NCBI GenBank assembly: GCA_964499705.1
Contig: CAZCME010000016.1
Location: forward strand, 1-64,000
Length of the DNA stretch: 64,000 bases
Origin: an uncultured bacterium
GTDB lineage: Bacteria; UBA8481
Direction of reading: 5' to 3'
Position numbers and translations under genes: made by a program. Shown piece after piece: positions 17,576-27,345 of this stretch (positions within the stretch are counted from its first letter, which is position 1; each line of letters starts with the position of its first letter). The notes beneath the pieces were generated by a model. That model saw only the letters and a list, made by a program, of their open reading frames with translations, was not told the origin of the DNA and made no database searches.

Positions 17576-18820
17576 TCAGATCCTTCCGAGGGCGATGACG
17601 GCGTTGTGGCCGCCGAAGCCGAGATTGTTGTTGATGACCGCGTCGAGATTCGCTTCTCGCGGAGTGTTCGGGACGTAGTCCAGGTCGCAATCCGGATCCG
17701 GATGCTCGTAGTTGATCGTGGGAGGCACCTGCTTCTTCGAGATCGCCAGCGCGGCCGCGATCGTTTCGATGCCGCCGGCGGCGCCGATCAGGTGGCCGGT
17801 CATGCCTTTCGTGGAGCTGATCATGACCTGCTTCGCGCGGTCGCCGAAGACGCGCTTGATGGCGACGGTCTCGAACTTGTCGTTCAACGGAGTCGATGTG
17901 CCGTGCGCGTTGACGTAGCCGAACTTTTCGATCGCCAGGCCCGATTCCCTGATGGCCAGTTCCATCGCGCGGGCGACCCCGGATCCGTCCGCGCAGGGGG
18001 CCGTCATGTGGTTGGCGTCGCAGGTCATGCCGTAGCCGATCACTTCCGCGTAGATCTTCGCGCCGCGCTTCTTCGCGGCTTCGTATTCCTCAAGGACGAC
18101 GACGCCCGCGCCCTCGCCCATCACGAATCCGTCGCGTTCCTTGTCGAAGGGGCGCGATGCGTGAAGTGGATCGTCGTTGCGAGTGGACATCGCCTTCAGG
18201 GCGCAAAAGCCTCCCATGGAGAGCGGCGTGATGGCGGCTTCGCTGCCGCCGGCCAGCATCGCGGTCGCCTCTCCGCGCTGGATGATCCGCGCGGCGTCGC
18301 CGATGGCGTGCGTGCCGGTGGCGCACGCGGTCGCGACGCACGTGTTCGGGCCGCGGAATCCGAAGCGGATCGCGACGAGGCCGGAGGCCATGTTCACGAT
18401 GATCATTGGAATGAGGAATGCGCTCAGACGGTCGGGTCCGCGGTCGCGGAGGACATTGTGCTGCTCCTCCATCGTGCCGATGCCGCCGATACCGGAGCCG
18501 ATGATGACGCCCACCTCGTCCGCGGGATACGTTTCCGGTGTGAGGCTGGCGTCTTCGCACGCGAGAACAGATGCGGCCATGGCGAAGAGCGCGAACCGGT
18601 CCATGCGCTTCACTTCTTTTTTACTGACGAATCGTTCGGTGGGAAAGTTGTTGATCTGCGCGGCGATGCGCGAATCGAATCCCGTCGGGTCGTAATGCGT
18701 CACCGGACCGATTCCGCATTTTCCGCTCATGAGCGCATTCCAGAATTCTTCGTTGCCCAGTCCGATCGGTGTGACCGGACCCATGCCCGTCAGGACGACG
18801 CGGCGTTTCGATATCATCAT
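17576..18820 (-). CDS. fabF: 3-oxoacyl-ACP synthase II
   Basis: TACATG, NAHGTST, GHLIGAAG, GFGGHN. Confidence 0.97.
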   Translation of the reverse strand: MMISKRRVVLTGMGPVTPIGLGNEEFWNALMSGKCGIGPVTHYDPTGFDSRIAAQINNFPTERFVSKKEVKRMDRFALFAMAASVLACEDASLTPETYPADEVGVIIGSGIGGIGTMEEQHNVLRDRGPDRLSAFLIPMIIVNMASGLVAIRFGFRGPNTCVATACATGTHAIGDAARIIQRGEATAMLAGGSEAAITPLSMGGFCALKAMSTRNDDPLHASRPFDKERDGFVMGEGAGVVVLEEYEAAKKRGAKIYAEVIGYGMTCDANHMTAPCADGSGVARAMELAIRESGLAIEKFGYVNAHGTSTPLNDKFETVAIKRVFGDRAKQVMISSTKGMTGHLIGAAGGIETIAAALAISKKQVPPTINYEHPDPDCDLDYVPNTPREANLDAVINNNLGFGGHNAVIALGRI

Positions 18821-18963
18821 CTTCTACTTCTACCTTTTGCTCCGCCGGTGCGAATTGTCGGGACAAGTTCGCCTGGGAGCGCCCGGTCCGTGGACCCGGC
18901 TATGATTCAGCAGAAGGAGATGGTCCTCCCTCGTGGGGGAGAGGGGAACACCCCGTTCGGCTG

Positions 18964-19200
18964 TTACTTCTTATGGCTGTCGATGTACTCGACGGCTTTG
19001 CCCACCGTCGAGATCTTTTCGGCGTCCTCGTCGGGAATTTCGATGCCGAAAGCTTCTTCGAGCGCCATGACCAGTTCGACCTGATCCAGAGAATCCGCGC
19101 CGAGATCATTGATGAACGAGGCCTCGATCGTCACTTGCTCCTCTTCGACTCCGAGTTGCTCAACGACGATTTCCTTCACTCTCTGGTATGTGTCGGACAT
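18964..19200 (-). CDS. acpP: Acyl carrier protein
   Basis: [12 protein letters not shown]. Confidence 0.97.
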   Translation of the reverse strand: MSDTYQRVKEIVVEQLGVEEEQVTIEASFINDLGADSLDQVELVMALEEAFGIEIPDEDAEKISTVGKAVEYIDSHKK

Positions 19201-19338
19201 GGTTAACTCCCGCAATTATATAAGATTAGCCGGGGCGGCTCCAGCCTTAAGAGCGCCCTCAAGCGCGTCGAGGTTATACGGCTCGGATGGGAAGGCAAGA
19301 GGTTTTTTGCGGATTTTTGGAGCGGAGTCCCGATCGCT

Positions 19339-19563
19339 TTAGTTGTACTTGCCGCATCCGCAATTATGCGGACCGCATCCGCCCGCGGGCATGCCCTGCG
19401 GAACGCCGGCCGAACTCTCGGCCGAGCGCGCGAAGACGGAGAACAGTTTTTCCCCCCGGATGGATGCGCATTCCGGACAGGCCGGGTCGGGCGACTTATA
19501 GGAGTTCACCAGGTCCGACCATTTGTGCCCGCAATCGGGGCAGACATATTCGTAGATGGGCAT
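19339..19563 (-). CDS. FmdB family zinc-ribbon protein
   Basis: MPIYEYVCPDCG...CPEC, Cys-rich tail. Confidence 0.9.
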   Translation of the reverse strand: MPIYEYVCPDCGHKWSDLVNSYKSPDPACPECASIRGEKLFSVFARSAESSAGVPQGMPAGGCGPHNCGCGKYN

Positions 19564-19851
19564 GCGCCTATTATATTCGGATGGACGCTCCACCGGTCAA
19601 GTTTTCCGTCGCGTTATTTCGACTCGCGGCGCGGAAGCCGGAATACTGGTCCAGAATCCTGAATAGAACGGCCATCCAGTTTCGCTCTCCCATGTTCTTA
19701 CTTCGCCGCCGGCGAGCCGGCACCTTCTTCCTGTCGAATGAACTCCTGGTTCTCATGATTACTCCTCCCCACGTATTGACGTGTTCCTGAGACGGGGAGG
19801 ATGAGGGGATTATTTTCGCTTTTTCGCGCCGATGGGGAGAAAAAAGGCTTC

Positions 19852-20601
19852 TTACATCACCATTCCGCCGTCGACGGTGAGCACCTGCCCGGTGATATAG
19901 GAGGCTTCGTCGGACGCGAGGAAATGCACGGCCTTGGCGACGTCGGAGGGTTCGCCGAGACGGGCGAGCGGGATGAGCGCCTTCATCTTCTCGATCACGT
20001 CCGGCGTCAGCTTCGCCGTCATGTCGGTCTGGATGTATCCGGGCGCGACGGCGTTGCAGGTGATCTGGCGGGAGGAGAATTCCTTGGCGACGGATTTCGT
20101 CACGCCGATGATGCCGGCCTTCGACGCCGCGTAATTCGCCTGGCCCGCGTTGCCCATCAGCCCGATGACGGAGGCGATGTTGACGATCCTGCCGTATCGA
20201 GCCTTCATCATCGGCCGGATGAATTCGCGGGTCATGAGAAAGACCGAGCGGAGATTGACCGCCAGCACCGCGTCCCAGTCCTCGTCCTTCATCTTGATCA
20301 TGAGATTATCGCGGGTGATGCCCGCGTTGTTGACGAGAATGTCGATCTTGCCGGTCAGCTCCAGGCTTCTCGGCAGAGCCGCCGCCACATCCTCGGTCCT
20401 GGCGACATTCGCCGAGACGCCGCAGGATTTCACGCCCATCGACCGGATCTTCTCCGCGGCCGCGTCGGATGCATCCTGGGCCAGGTCGATCACGACGATG
20501 TCGGCGCCGCTCCTTGCCAGTTGCTCGGCGATCGAGAAACCGATGCCGCGCGCTCCGCCTGTGATAACCGCCGTCCTGCCGTTCAATGCACCGAATGACA
20601 T
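19852..20601 (-). CDS. fabG: 3-oxoacyl-ACP reductase
   Basis: TGGARGIG, NNAGITRD, NYAASKAG. Confidence 0.97.
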   Translation of the reverse strand: MSFGALNGRTAVITGGARGIGFSIAEQLARSGADIVVIDLAQDASDAAAEKIRSMGVKSCGVSANVARTEDVAAALPRSLELTGKIDILVNNAGITRDNLMIKMKDEDWDAVLAVNLRSVFLMTREFIRPMMKARYGRIVNIASVIGLMGNAGQANYAASKAGIIGVTKSVAKEFSSRQITCNAVAPGYIQTDMTAKLTPDVIEKMKALIPLARLGEPSDVAKAVHFLASDEASYITGQVLTVDGGMVM

Positions 20602-20620
20602 GATCTTGCTCCTTTTAATT

Positions 20621-20764
20621 AACCACGAAGACACAAAGACACCAAGGAGAAATTGAGGATGCCTTGATCCTGGCGGATATCAGTTTAAGATTTGAAATCA
20701 ATATTTCATAAAGGAAGGATTTCGACACTAGATTTTTTCTTTGTGCCTTCGCGCCTTTGTGGTT
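20621..20764. repeat. MITE/REP-like element, family A copy 1
   Basis: Left end AACCACGAAGACACAAAGACACCAAG; inverted right end CTTTGTGCCTTCGCGCCTTTGTGGTT. Confidence 0.75.
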
Positions 20765-20770
20765 GAAATT

Positions 20771-21700
20771 TCAGGGTTCGATCGCATCGATCTCTTCCGG
20801 GAGCCCCGCCCGTACGACGTGCGCCTTCTTCGCGATGCGTTTCATGAGCCCGGACAGGACGCTGCCGTGGCCGACTTCGATGTAGCGGTCCGCTCCCATC
20901 GCCTCGATTCTCCTGATGGACTCCGCCCACCGGACCGGCGCGCAGACCTGCTTGATGAGCAGCTCCCGCACCTTGTCCGCCGTGACGACCGGCTCGGAGG
21001 TCACGTTCGCGAAGATCGTGAGCTGGGGATCGCTCATCTTCGAAGCGTGAACGACGGGCGTCAGCTTCTCTTCCGCGCTGCGCATGAGATAGCAGTGCCA
21101 TGCTCCGGCGACGGCCAACGGGATGACCTTGATGGCTCCGCGCATCCGGGCCAGGCGGATGGCCAGGTCGAGCGCCTTCGATTCGCCGGAAATGACGACC
21201 TGCCCGGGCGAGTTCAGGTTGGCGACTTCCACGAGCCCTTTGTGCTCCGCTTCCACCATCTGGCAGATCACTTCGACGGCCGGTTCCTCCAATCCCAGGA
21301 TGGCCGCCATGCCTCCGGGATGAGCGACGCTCGCCTCGTGCATCGCGCGGCTCCTCGCGTCCACAAGCCGCAGTCCCGTCTCGAAGTCGAAGACTCCCGC
21401 CGCATGCAGCGCGGCATATTCTCCGACGCTGTGGCCGGCCGCGAATTGAGGAACAATCCCTTTGGCTTTCAGGAGCTCATGCGAAACGACGGAGGTCACG
21501 AAGAGCGCCGGCTGCGTCCGATCCGTGCGCCTCAGTTCCTCCTCGGGGCCCTCCCACATGAATTTCGTGAGGTTCCATCCGAGAATTTCATCCGCCTGGC
21601 GGAAGATTTCCGCGGCCTGGGGATACTTGTCGGCGAGCGCTTTTCCCATGCCGACCGACTGCGAGCCCTGTCCGGGAAAGAGAAAAACATTTCTGGTCAC
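20771..21700 (-). CDS. fabD: Malonyl-CoA:ACP transacylase
   Basis: FPGQGSQ, GHSVGEY, NSPGQVVISG. Confidence 0.97.
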   Translation of the reverse strand: MTRNVFLFPGQGSQSVGMGKALADKYPQAAEIFRQADEILGWNLTKFMWEGPEEELRRTDRTQPALFVTSVVSHELLKAKGIVPQFAAGHSVGEYAALHAAGVFDFETGLRLVDARSRAMHEASVAHPGGMAAILGLEEPAVEVICQMVEAEHKGLVEVANLNSPGQVVISGESKALDLAIRLARMRGAIKVIPLAVAGAWHCYLMRSAEEKLTPVVHASKMSDPQLTIFANVTSEPVVTADKVRELLIKQVCAPVRWAESIRRIEAMGADRYIEVGHGSVLSGLMKRIAKKAHVVRAGLPEEIDAIEP

Positions 21701-22764
21701 GAGGCATTCCTCGATTCCTCGTTGAAGGTCTTGATGGTGCGCTCGATGCGGCCGCAGATGTCGAACTGGAGCGCCTCGCGGGTGACCCTCACGGCGTTCA
21801 TGATCGCCTTGGGGCCCGATGAGCCGTGGCAGATGATGCAGGGATGCTTGACGCCGAGGAGCGGCGCGCCACCATACTCCGTGTAGTCGATCTTCTTCTT
21901 CATTTCCGCGAAGGCGCCGCGCACGAGAAGAGCGCCGAGCTTTCGCAGAGGAGTCGCCTTGATGCGGGAGCGGATGAGATCGATGAAGGTGAAGGCCAGC
22001 CCTTCGCCGAACTTCAGGACAACGTTTCCGGTGAAGCCGTCGCAGACGATGACGTCCGCTCTGCCGTTCACGATGTCCCGGCCCTCCACGTTGCCGAGGA
22101 ACCTGCCGTGGTGAGCGGATTCCGCGAAGAGGCGTTCGAAGAGCGGAAAGGCTTCCTTCGTCAGTTCGTTTCCCTTGGTCCGTTCCTCGCCGATCGAGAG
22201 AAGGCCGACCCGCGGATCGGCGATGGAGAGAATCGCGCGGGCATAGATGGAGCCCATGATGCCGAACTGCAGGAGGTGGGTCGCGCGCGAATCGACGTTG
22301 GCGCCGACGTCGATGAGGACGGAATGGTCCGTCGCGGTCGGCAGGATCGTCGCGATGCCGGGCCGCTCCACGCCGCGGATGCGGCCCAGCAGGAGAGTTC
22401 CCGCGGCGAGGACGGCGCCGGTGTTGCCGGGGGAGATCAACGCGGCGGCGCGCCCTTCACGGACCTCGCGCGCGGCCAGCACGAGGGAGGAATGCGTCTT
22501 GTCCCGGACGGCGTCCACGGGCGAATCTTCCATCGTGATGACGTCCTCCGCGTGGATGATCGTGATGTCGGGATGCCCGGAGGCTCCGCGCGCGGACATG
22601 GCGTCGTAGAGAAATTTCCTGTTGCCGACGATGAGAAATTTTCCGCCGTAGTTCTCTATGGCGTCCAGGACTCCTTCCACGACGACTTCCGGCCCCCTGT
22701 CTCCGCCCATGGCATCGACGGCGATGGGGAGGTCGAAGGTGCGCGTGGAATCGGCGGCGGTCAT
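21697..22764 (-). CDS. plsX: Phosphate acyltransferase
   Basis: AVDAMGGD, GNTGA, DVGANVD, VCDGFTGN. Confidence 0.97.
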   Translation of the reverse strand: MTAADSTRTFDLPIAVDAMGGDRGPEVVVEGVLDAIENYGGKFLIVGNRKFLYDAMSARGASGHPDITIIHAEDVITMEDSPVDAVRDKTHSSLVLAAREVREGRAAALISPGNTGAVLAAGTLLLGRIRGVERPGIATILPTATDHSVLIDVGANVDSRATHLLQFGIMGSIYARAILSIADPRVGLLSIGEERTKGNELTKEAFPLFERLFAESAHHGRFLGNVEGRDIVNGRADVIVCDGFTGNVVLKFGEGLAFTFIDLIRSRIKATPLRKLGALLVRGAFAEMKKKIDYTEYGGAPLLGVKHPCIICHGSSGPKAIMNAVRVTREALQFDICGRIERTIKTFNEESRNAS

Positions 22765-22834
22765 GGTCTTTAGAGGACGCGCCGGCGGAAGACTGGAACT
22801 TTCATGATCGCGACAGGTCGGGAAGAGGACGGAA

Positions 22835-23026
22835 TCAGACGGCCTTCTTCTTCGTCTTGATGGCGTTCCGGGATCCCTTCCATGCGCCGCATTTCGCGCA
22901 CGCGCGGTGGGGCTCGATCGAAGCTCCGCACTCGGGGCATCGCGTGAGCGTGGGCTTCATGACGGAATCGCCGGTCCGGCGCTTCCGGCCCCGGGTCTTG
23001 GAATGGCGTCGCTTGGGTAATGACAT
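22835..23026 (-). CDS. rpmF: 50S ribosomal protein L32 (zinc-binding form)
   Basis: MSLPKRRHSKTR...CPECG...PHRACAKCG. Confidence 0.95.
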   Translation of the reverse strand: MSLPKRRHSKTRGRKRRTGDSVMKPTLTRCPECGASIEPHRACAKCGAWKGSRNAIKTKKKAV

Positions 23027-23090
23027 GGTGTTGCCTCCTCGATGATTGCTGAATGCTCTTCGATCGTCCGGTCGGGGCGAGCCGATGATT

Positions 23091-23621
23091 CTAGCGTGTG
23101 CCCTTGTCCTGGAACTTGCCCGCCAGAACCGCAAACGGGTTTCCTTCGGGCAGGCGATCGCATCCGCAGTCGCCGGCGTTCAGGTCGGCGCCACAGCGCG
23201 GACAGAGACCCCGGCAATCGTCCCGGCAATATACAACATCGGGTACCGCGAGGCAAATCCGCTGTCGGATCTCCTCGGTCGGGTCGATCTGATGATCCCC
23301 GAGCCTCTTGAATCCGCCCTCCTCGGGAGGCGTCTCCAGGTCAGCCGCCTCGGTTGTGTTCGCCTCCATATCGAAGAGCGTCGTGAACGTGGTGCGCAGC
23401 GAACGGCTCGTCTGCACAAGGCACCGCGCGCAGGTCGCGGTTAGTACAAACCGGACGTCGCCCTCCAGCTTGATGTGATGCGGCCTCGGGCTGGCAGGAT
23501 CGAGGAGGGAGAGCGAGGACATGCGGAGCCGGGCCTCGATTTCCGAGATGCCGGGATCGTCCGTCTCGTCGAAGTGGAGCGTTTCCTCGATGACGGGTTC
23601 GTAGGGAGAAGGGAGCTTCAT
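23091..23621 (-). CDS. YceD/DUF177 family protein
   Basis: CARCL, CRDDCRGLCPRCGADLN; lies upstream of rpmF. Confidence 0.9.
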   Translation of the reverse strand: MKLPSPYEPVIEETLHFDETDDPGISEIEARLRMSSLSLLDPASPRPHHIKLEGDVRFVLTATCARCLVQTSRSLRTTFTTLFDMEANTTEAADLETPPEEGGFKRLGDHQIDPTEEIRQRICLAVPDVVYCRDDCRGLCPRCGADLNAGDCGCDRLPEGNPFAVLAGKFQDKGTR

Positions 23622-23626
23622 GATTT

Positions 23627-23692
23627 AAGTATGGAGGATGCAGGATGATTAATGAAGTACTTCATCCTTCATACTTCATCTTACATCCTTTA
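23627..23692. repeat. Inverted heptamer tandem repeat
   Basis: AAGTATG-GAGGATG-CAGGATG facing CTTCATC-CTTCATA-CTTCATC-TTACATC. Confidence 0.7.
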
Positions 23693-23702
23693 TAATGCCC
23701 TC

Positions 23703-25169
23703 GTGGCACGCGTTATCATGGTCTACCCCTTCACGGGGCTCGATATCAAGGGCGTCTCCGTCTGGCTCCCTCTTGCCATCCTCCAGGTCGCCTCCACCAT
23801 CGTGAATGATTTCGACGTCGTCGTCATCGACCAGCGCGTGGACGATCACTGGGAGGCGTCCCTGCGGAAGGCGATCACCGATGACACAGTCTGCGTGGCC
23901 ATCTCATCGATGACAGGCACCCAGATCAAGGGCGGTCTCGCCGCCTCGCGCGTCGTCCGCGACGTCAACCCGGATCTGAAGATTGTCTGGGGCGGCAATC
24001 ATCCGACGCTCGTGCCCGAGTCCACGGTGCGGCATGCGATGGTCGATATCGTCGTCATGGGCGAAGGGGAGGCGACTTTCCGCTGGCTCGTGGAGGCATT
24101 CGCAGGGAAGGGGTCCTGGAAGGATGTCCCGGACATCGCCTACATGGACGGCGACCGTGTCGTCAAGAACGGCACGGGCACCGATCCCAAGCGTTTCGTG
24201 AAGCAGGATGACATGCCGCCTCTGCCGTATCACCTCGTCGATGTGGAGCAGTATATCTCGGGGCCCATGCTCTTCGGAAAACAGATGCGGTCGCTCCCTT
24301 ACATCAGTTCCCAGGGCTGCCCGTATTCCTGCACGTTCTGCTGCCAGCCCGTCCTATCCAGCCGGCGCTGGCGGCGGCAGGCCCCGGAACTTCTCCTCGA
24401 GCGCACGCTGGAAATGAAGCAGAAATTCAATCTCGATGCGATCGAGTTTCACGACGAGGAATTCTTCGTTGATCGGAAGCGCGGCGCGAAGGTCGCGGAA
24501 ATGATAGGCGGGCAGTACGAGTGGTACGTCCAGACGCGGATGGATGATGTCCTCGCGATGGACTGCGATCATCTCTACCGGAACGGGCTTCGGGTCGTTC
24601 AGCCCGGACTGGAGACAGGCTCGGCCCGGATCCTCGACATGATCAAGAAGGAGGAGACGCTCGACGAATTCTACGCGGCCAACAAGAAGCTTGCCGCGTC
24701 GGGCATCCGATCGACGTACAATTTCATGATGGGTTATCCGACGGAGACGATCGAGGACCTGACCGCGACGGTCGATCTCGCGCTCCGGCTGCTGGATGAA
24801 AATCCGCACGCCAGCGTCTCCGGTTTCTATGTCTACGTTCCGTATCCCGGCGCGGAACTCTTCAAGCTCGCCGTCCAGGACGGCTTCGAGGAACCTGCGA
24901 CGCTCGAAGGTTGGTCGGTCTTCAACCGTCAGCATCTGGCCTCACCCTGGATCCAGAGCCGCCGCAACACGCTTGAGATGCTTCTGTTTACATCCAAGTT
25001 CATAGACGGCACCCGCCTGAAACGGACCTTCCAGGGCAATCCGCTCGTCGCCTCCGGAATCTCGTTCTTCTCCTGGATCTATCGCAATCGCTGGAGAAAG
25101 CACAATTTCTCGAAGACGCTCGATATAGACCTCCTCTCTTATGCTGCAAAAAAGGCCTTCAACTGGTAA
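23703..25169 (+). CDS. B12-binding radical SAM protein
   Basis: VWGGNHPT, GEGE, GCPYSCTFCC, GLETGS; GTG start 6 nt after TATAAT. Confidence 0.9.
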   Translation: MARVIMVYPFTGLDIKGVSVWLPLAILQVASTIVNDFDVVVIDQRVDDHWEASLRKAITDDTVCVAISSMTGTQIKGGLAASRVVRDVNPDLKIVWGGNHPTLVPESTVRHAMVDIVVMGEGEATFRWLVEAFAGKGSWKDVPDIAYMDGDRVVKNGTGTDPKRFVKQDDMPPLPYHLVDVEQYISGPMLFGKQMRSLPYISSQGCPYSCTFCCQPVLSSRRWRRQAPELLLERTLEMKQKFNLDAIEFHDEEFFVDRKRGAKVAEMIGGQYEWYVQTRMDDVLAMDCDHLYRNGLRVVQPGLETGSARILDMIKKEETLDEFYAANKKLAASGIRSTYNFMMGYPTETIEDLTATVDLALRLLDENPHASVSGFYVYVPYPGAELFKLAVQDGFEEPATLEGWSVFNRQHLASPWIQSRRNTLEMLLFTSKFIDGTRLKRTFQGNPLVASGISFFSWIYRNRWRKHNFSKTLDIDLLSYAAKKAFNW

Positions 25170-25299
25170 AAGGGGGACATTCTCCAACATTGCAACATTG
25201 GCGTTGCATGAGTTAGGGCATGCTCCAATGGAAAAATATTTGAGTTGCTTCCAACTCCATTATCCTGAATGTTGGAATGTTGGAGAATGACCCCTTTTA
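25167..25299. repeat. Inverted-repeat element with octamer subrepeats
   Basis: TAAAAGGGGGACATTCTCCAACATTGCAACATT ... AATGTTGGAATGTTGGAGAATGACCCCTTTTA. Confidence 0.8.
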
Positions 25300-25934
25300 T
25301 CTTTGATTGCGATGGCACGCTTGTGGAGACGCATAAGGATATTGCGGCTTCGGCGCGGCATGTCTGTGAGCGATTGGGTATTCCGCCCGTCGATGAGGCG
25401 ATCATCCCCGGGTACATGGGCCTTGGGATCGACCACCTGCTGCGGAGAATCCTGGGAGATCACGGCGACCGGTTTGACGAAGCCCGTCGATTGTACATGG
25501 CGCATCACGATAATCATTGCACCGACCGTTCGCGCCTGTATGACGGGGCGATCGAGCTCCTCGACGCGCTGCGTTCCCGGGGATGCCGGCTCGGGCTGCT
25601 CTCCAACAAGACGGAGCATTTCTGCCGGATCATTCTCGAAAAGCTGGATGTCGCGCACCGGTTCGATCTCATCTACGGATCCGATTCGACGCCCTGGAAG
25701 AAACCGGACTGTCGCGGGCTGTTGCAGCTGGCGGGCCGGCTTGGCGGAAGTGACGCACTGTACATCGGCGATTCCTCCATCGATATCGACACGGCTCACG
25801 CGGCGCGGGCGCGTTTTCCCGGAATGCGCGTCGGATTCGTGGAACACGGTTATGGTCGAGTGGAGACGGAGAAACCGGATTACACGTGGAGCGATCTGCG
25901 TGCCCTGTTGAAGTGGGTCGAGAGCGGCGCGTGA
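25287..25934 (+). CDS. HAD-family hydrolase (phosphoglycolate phosphatase-like)
   Basis: FDCDGTL, LSNK, KKPD, YIGDS. Confidence 0.9.
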   Translation: MTPFIFDCDGTLVETHKDIAASARHVCERLGIPPVDEAIIPGYMGLGIDHLLRRILGDHGDRFDEARRLYMAHHDNHCTDRSRLYDGAIELLDALRSRGCRLGLLSNKTEHFCRIILEKLDVAHRFDLIYGSDSTPWKKPDCRGLLQLAGRLGGSDALYIGDSSIDIDTAHAARARFPGMRVGFVEHGYGRVETEKPDYTWSDLRALLKWVESGA

Positions 25935-26680
25935 GAACAGTCGCGGGATGGATCGCGATCGCCGCGCTGCTCGGAGCGGCGTGCGGCTCGTCGGAGTCGA
26001 TCATCGTCGCGGCGGGAACCACGCTCGTCGATTCGACTTTCCTCGATCCGTTCATCGAGAAATTCGAGCGGGAAACAGGATACGATGTAAAGCTGATCGC
26101 CGCGGGGAGCGGTGAAGGATTGGAGATGGGGCGGCGCGGGGAAGTGGATGTGCTCATCACGCACGATCCGGCGGGAGAGGAGCAGTTCATGGCGGAAGGA
26201 CGCGGTATCCAGCGCTATCCTTTCATCCGGAATGATTTCCTGATCGCCGGTCCTCCCGGAGATTCGGCGGGAATCCGGGGATCGGGAGCCTTGGAAGCGT
26301 TCCGCCGGATGAAGGATTCTCCCTTCGCCTCGCGCGACGATCAATCCGGCACGCACAAGAAGGAGCAGGCGCTGGCGAAGGCCGCCGGAGTGGAGCTGGG
26401 AAAGAGGATTCGCGTCGGCGCGGGAGTCGCCATCACACTGCGCGCCGCGGACGAACGGCGCGCGTATATTCTCGTGGACTCGATGACCTTCTCGCACTTC
26501 CGTCCGACGCTCGATCTGGAACCGCTCGTGCAGGGCGATTCGCTCCTTGCAAATCCCTACTCCATCATCATCGTCAAACCGCTCCGCGAGGATTCCTCCG
26601 GGGCGAACCGTTCCGCGCGGAGATCGTCCGGCGCGAATCTCTTCGTGTCGATGCTGCTGAAGGAAGCGTTCCACCGATGA
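25931..26680 (+). CDS. tupA: Tungstate-type ABC substrate-binding lipoprotein (TupA-like)
   Basis: Lipobox LGAAC; GRRGEVDVLITH, NDFLIAGP, SRDDQSGTHKKE, LANPY. Confidence 0.8.
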   Translation: MRTVAGWIAIAALLGAACGSSESIIVAAGTTLVDSTFLDPFIEKFERETGYDVKLIAAGSGEGLEMGRRGEVDVLITHDPAGEEQFMAEGRGIQRYPFIRNDFLIAGPPGDSAGIRGSGALEAFRRMKDSPFASRDDQSGTHKKEQALAKAAGVELGKRIRVGAGVAITLRAADERRAYILVDSMTFSHFRPTLDLEPLVQGDSLLANPYSIIIVKPLREDSSGANRSARRSSGANLFVSMLLKEAFHR

Positions 26681-27345
26681 TCATCCCGTGGGATCCCCAG
26701 CTTATCGAGACCGTGCTGCGCTCGCTCTTCGTCTCCGGCTCGGCGACTCTCCTTTCGCTCCTCGTCGGAGTGCCGTTCGGAGCCTGGCTTGCGATCAGGG
26801 ATTTCCGCGGCAAGCGGATCGTCGTCGCGCTCCTCTACACCGCGATGGGATTTCCGACCGTCGCCGTGGGGCTCCTGGTCATGATGCTGTTGTGGCGGAG
26901 CAGCCCGCTCGGAGGGCTCCACTGGCTTTACACCGTCAAGGCGATGATTCTTTCCCAGGTGATCATCGCCTCGCCCGTGGCCGCGGGTCTCGTGCATGCC
27001 GCCGTCGACGCGGTGCCGAAACGCATCCGGCTCACCGCGCTCGGGCTGGGCGTTTCGCGCCGCATGGCGGACTACGCCGTGCTGCGCGAAGCGCGCATCG
27101 GGCTCCTCGTGGCCGCGATGGCCGCGTTCGGCTCGGTCATCTCCGAGGTCGGTTCTGTCATGATGGTGGGAGGAAACATCGCGGGGGAGACGCGGGTCAT
27201 GACCACGGCAATCGTGCAGGAGGCGCGAATGGGGCGCTTCGATACCGCCGTCGCGCTTTCGGTCATCCTGATCGGCGTGTCGTTCCTGATCCACCTCGGG
27301 CTCACGCTCCTGAACTGGAAGAAGTCCCCGGAGTGGACTTCATGA
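26677..27345 (+). CDS. tupB: Tungstate-type ABC permease
   Basis: MGFPTVAVGL, ISEVGSVMMVGGNIAGETRVMTTAI. Confidence 0.9.
   Translation: MIIPWDPQLIETVLRSLFVSGSATLLSLLVGVPFGAWLAIRDFRGKRIVVALLYTAMGFPTVAVGLLVMMLLWRSSPLGGLHWLYTVKAMILSQVIIASPVAAGLVHAAVDAVPKRIRLTALGLGVSRRMADYAVLREARIGLLVAAMAAFGSVISEVGSVMMVGGNIAGETRVMTTAIVQEARMGRFDTAVALSVILIGVSFLIHLGLTLLNWKKSPEWTS

Noticed and set aside
17606-19084. Long plus-strand ORF (492 aa)
   Set aside because: Antisense shadow of fabF/acpP, typical of high-GC DNA
20621-25299. Short tandem repeats as possible CRISPR
   Set aside because: No repeat-spacer periodicity and no cas genes; they are inverted-repeat elements
26688-27341. N-terminal extension of the deacetylase ORF; similar extensions on pirin, 30432-32081 and 47523-50513
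   Set aside because: They overlap real upstream genes in another frame; internal coupled starts fit better
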